This document shows, piece after piece, positions 62,300-64,000 of a stretch of 64,000 nucleotides of DNA. The stretch lies in NCBI GenBank assembly GCA_041396125.1, contig JAWKZG010000014.1, positions 116,229-180,228 of the forward strand, given 5' to 3'. The notes beneath the pieces are model-generated. The model did no database searches, was not told the DNA's origin, and saw nothing but the letters and a program-made list of their open reading frames with translations. Made by a program: the position numbers and the translations under genes. Each line of letters starts with the position of its first letter. Within the stretch, counting starts at the first letter, position 1. This stretch comes from Gammaproteobacteria bacterium (GTDB lineage Bacteria; Pseudomonadota; Gammaproteobacteria; Competibacterales; Competibacteraceae).

Positions 62300-62484
62300 C
62301 AAGACGGCCAAGCTGTTCGCCTGTGGCTCACTCCGACGCTCAGCACTTCGCGCCTGCTCAGGCATGGCGTTCCCGCTCTTCTTTCCTAGTAAAGGGTTAC
62401 CACAATTGGATCAAAACCTAACGCCAAGGTAAGCGGCGCTCAGCATGGAGCGCTTGATCGGGCAAAAATGGCAAAGCCATGTGC

Positions 62485-62512
62485 TTGCATCTATACGGCA
62501 TGGCCGTATAAT
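62485..62512 (+). promoter_or_regulatory. Sigma70-like promoter of TA cassette (TTGCAT-16 nt-TATAAT)
   Basis: Near-consensus hexamers 17 nt upstream of toxin start. Confidence 0.55.
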
Positions 62513-62528
62513 AGGATTATGTTTACCG

Positions 62529-62854
62529 TAGTCGAAACGCCTACCTTTACAAAACTTGCCGCTGATTATTGGGATGAAGATGAGCGAGGGGAATTCGCTG
62601 CATGGATAGCATCTGATCCAGAATTTGGTGATGTAGTTCCGGGGTCTGGAGGCGTGCGCAAAATACGTTGGAACAGAAAAGGCAGCGGCAAGCGAGGTGG
62701 TGTCCGTGTTATCTATTTTAATCGACGGATTAATGGTGAAGTATGGTTGCTGTTGATTTACGCAAAAAGCGCTAAAGATAATATCCCCGCTCATATACTG
62801 AAAGAAATCAAAGAGGAAATTGAACAATGCCAAAGACAGAAAAAGAGTTGTTAG
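62529..62854 (+). CDS. Type II toxin, RelE/ParE superfamily (HigB-like, phage Gp49-like)
   Basis: VETPTFTKLAADYWDEDERGEFAAWIASDPEFGDVVPGSGGVRKIRWNRKGSGKRGGVRVIYF pattern. Confidence 0.75.
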
Positions 62855-63135
62855 AGCGAGATGCTAAGCGCGATATCTGCGCAGAACTTTTACAGTCTGT
62901 GCGAGAAATGAAAGCAGGTAAGCGCAACCGAGTACACCAAATAAAGATATCTTCGGTGATTGAAGCCCGTCAAAAAGTTGGATTGTCTCAAGCAGAATTT
63001 GCTGAGCTGCTAGGAGTGTCAAAGCGAACGCTTCAAGACTGGGAGCAAGGTAGGCGAGAGCCGTCGGGTGCAGCGAAGTCATTACTTGAAGTTGCAAGAA
63101 AGCGGCCTGAAGTATTATTAGAAATATTTAGCTAG
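62827..63135 (+). CDS. HTH XRE-family antitoxin (HigA-like)
   Basis: GLSQAEFAELLGVSKRTLQDWEQGRREPSGAAKSLL; overlaps toxin stop. Confidence 0.75.
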   Translation: MPKTEKELLERDAKRDICAELLQSVREMKAGKRNRVHQIKISSVIEARQKVGLSQAEFAELLGVSKRTLQDWEQGRREPSGAAKSLLEVARKRPEVLLEIFS

Positions 63136-63147
63136 CATTGAGCGCAA

Positions 63148-63242
63148 ACCTAACATCAGGTTGAGGCGGACTTTTTACAAACTGGCCCAACTTGAGTTCT
63201 GCCAGAACAGGCCAATTTGTAAAAAGCCTCTTAACCTGGGCG
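63148..63242 (+). other. attC B5 (ACCTAAC ... GTTATGT), 95 bp
   Basis: Long stems GGACTTTTTACAAACTGGCC/GGCCAATTTGTAAAAAGCC; R' GTTATGT identical to attC A2. Confidence 0.6.
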
Positions 63243-63430
63243 TTATGTGATTGTTTTATGAAATAATATCAAGAAAATGTGTACTAAAGTACCTGTGAGT
63301 GAGTTAGTCCAGCTTCCGATTACCTGGGTTAGAGGTGATGACGAATGACTTAAGACGGTGTTTAAGTCGTTAAAGTCAGGAAACTGTATCAAGCAACCCA
63401 TTAGACTACTAAATTGTGGCTGTGGAAAAA

Positions 63431-64000
63431 CCCATCTCTTTACACACAAGTCAAAAAGCCCCGATTTGCCGGGCATAGCGCAGGCCTGCGGTGAAATCCA
63501 TCACCCGCTGCAAGCCCAGCCAGAGGGTCTTTGCACCGGGCTCGCCATCGCCCTTGCGCCCTAAAAAGCCGCCCAGTCTGGCGATCATGCGCAAGGCAGC
63601 GTTGAGTGTGGGGGGCTGCTGGGGCATGGGCTGTTCGGCCAGTAAATACGCCCCCTGCCACTCCTCCTCAGCCAATACCAGGTTGACGTCCAAATCCGGC
63701 ACTGTGCGTCCCAGGCGCATCAAACGGCCTATACGCCAGCTCACGATCAGATACAGCGCTATAGCCCGCTCCATGCGCGCTAACGTAGACAGTTGTAGCG
63801 CTTCGAGCCGACAGCCCTGTTTGAGAATCAAAAAAAACAGTTCGATTTCCCAGCGTGCCAGATACCAGCTGATCAGCTCCCGTGCCGCCGCCTGATGGGG
63901 GATGTCGCGATTGCTCAGTAAACGCCACAGCACCGGCTTGACGCCCGCCGGGGCCTCGATTTCCTCGGCCATTAATAAATTCACCGTGAGTGCCGGCGCA
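63431..64000 (-). mobile_element. IS4-family (IS50-like) insertion sequence, right end; continues beyond window
   Basis: Terminal sequence CCATCTCTTTACACACAAGT resembles Tn5/IS50 outside end CTGACTCTTATACACAAGT; transposase C-terminus follows. Confidence 0.65.
63451..64000 (-). CDS. IS4-family DDE transposase, C-terminal part (N-terminus outside window)
   Basis: WYLARWEIELFF...IARLGGF motifs match Tn5 transposase (YRRRWRIEEFHKAWK...IARLGGFMD). Confidence 0.75.
   Translation of the reverse strand, partial: APALTVNLLMAEEIEAPAGVKPVLWRLLSNRDIPHQAAARELISWYLARWEIELFFLILKQGCRLEALQLSTLARMERAIALYLIVSWRIGRLMRLGRTVPDLDVNLVLAEEEWQGAYLLAEQPMPQQPPTLNAALRMIARLGGFLGRKGDGEPGAKTLWLGLQRVMDFTAGLRYARQIGAF

Overview
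This 64 kb window comes from a GC-rich (~60%) proteobacterial chromosome. It carries two low-GC accessory islands that both read as integron cassette arrays, plus a third decayed low-GC island.

The chromosomal backbone is ordinary:
- CO/xanthine-dehydrogenase maturation genes (MoxR/CoxD ATPase, VWA CoxE, XdhC halves, MocA-like), an orphan ParA, a patatin-like phospholipase, and exported MsrB/MsrA.
- Malate synthase G, two family-III CoA transferases, xsc-like sulfoacetaldehyde acetyltransferase, an SDR/LysR pair, LivFGMH lacking a binding protein, and an SPFH plus zinc-ribbon membrane pair.
- An enolase-superfamily enzyme, HMG-CoA-lyase-like, TctCBA, RidA, creatininase, a Dpp-like ABC importer, NUDIX, PPTase, BI-1, ETF-QO, rhodanese, a FadB-like enzyme and an HD hydrolase.
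- Many of these carry frameshifts or in-frame TAG stops.

Island B (57.5 kb to the window end) is an integron whose intI is pseudogenised by an in-frame TAG and a 3' truncation. It has an attI/Pc region and attC-bounded cassettes:
- a 3-TM protein;
- a frameshifted LOG/SLOG-like plus 4-TM protein;
- a group II intron (RT/maturase) sitting in an attC;
- an MreB-like fragment;
- a HigB/HigA-like toxin-antitoxin pair with its own promoter.
An IS50-like IS4-family element cuts into the array at ~63.43 kb.

Island A (19.5-26.1 kb) starts with a second, ~80% identical attI/Pc copy next to a badly decayed intI remnant. The cassette junction is again at G|TT. It carries seven attC-bounded cassettes:
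- a TIR-domain protein with a novel C-terminal domain;
- a small ORF plus DUF1488 pair;
- two overlapping membrane ORFs;
- a 266-aa hypothetical;
- an AAC(3)-I-like aminoglycoside acetyltransferase;
- an HNH protein;
- a DUF4238 pseudogene.

The third island (14.5-17.5 kb) holds a CDA-fold nucleoside deaminase and three pseudogenes. Neisseria dRS3-type repeats (ATTCCC-N8-GGGAAT) mark its edge and the edge of island A.

The most interesting candidates are the cassette-borne TIR and SLOG-TM proteins, which may be antiphage or signalling effectors, and the duplicated degenerate integron platforms. attC and intron boundaries were called by eye, with no folding or homology search run; they are given at confidence 0.3-0.55 and should be re-derived computationally.
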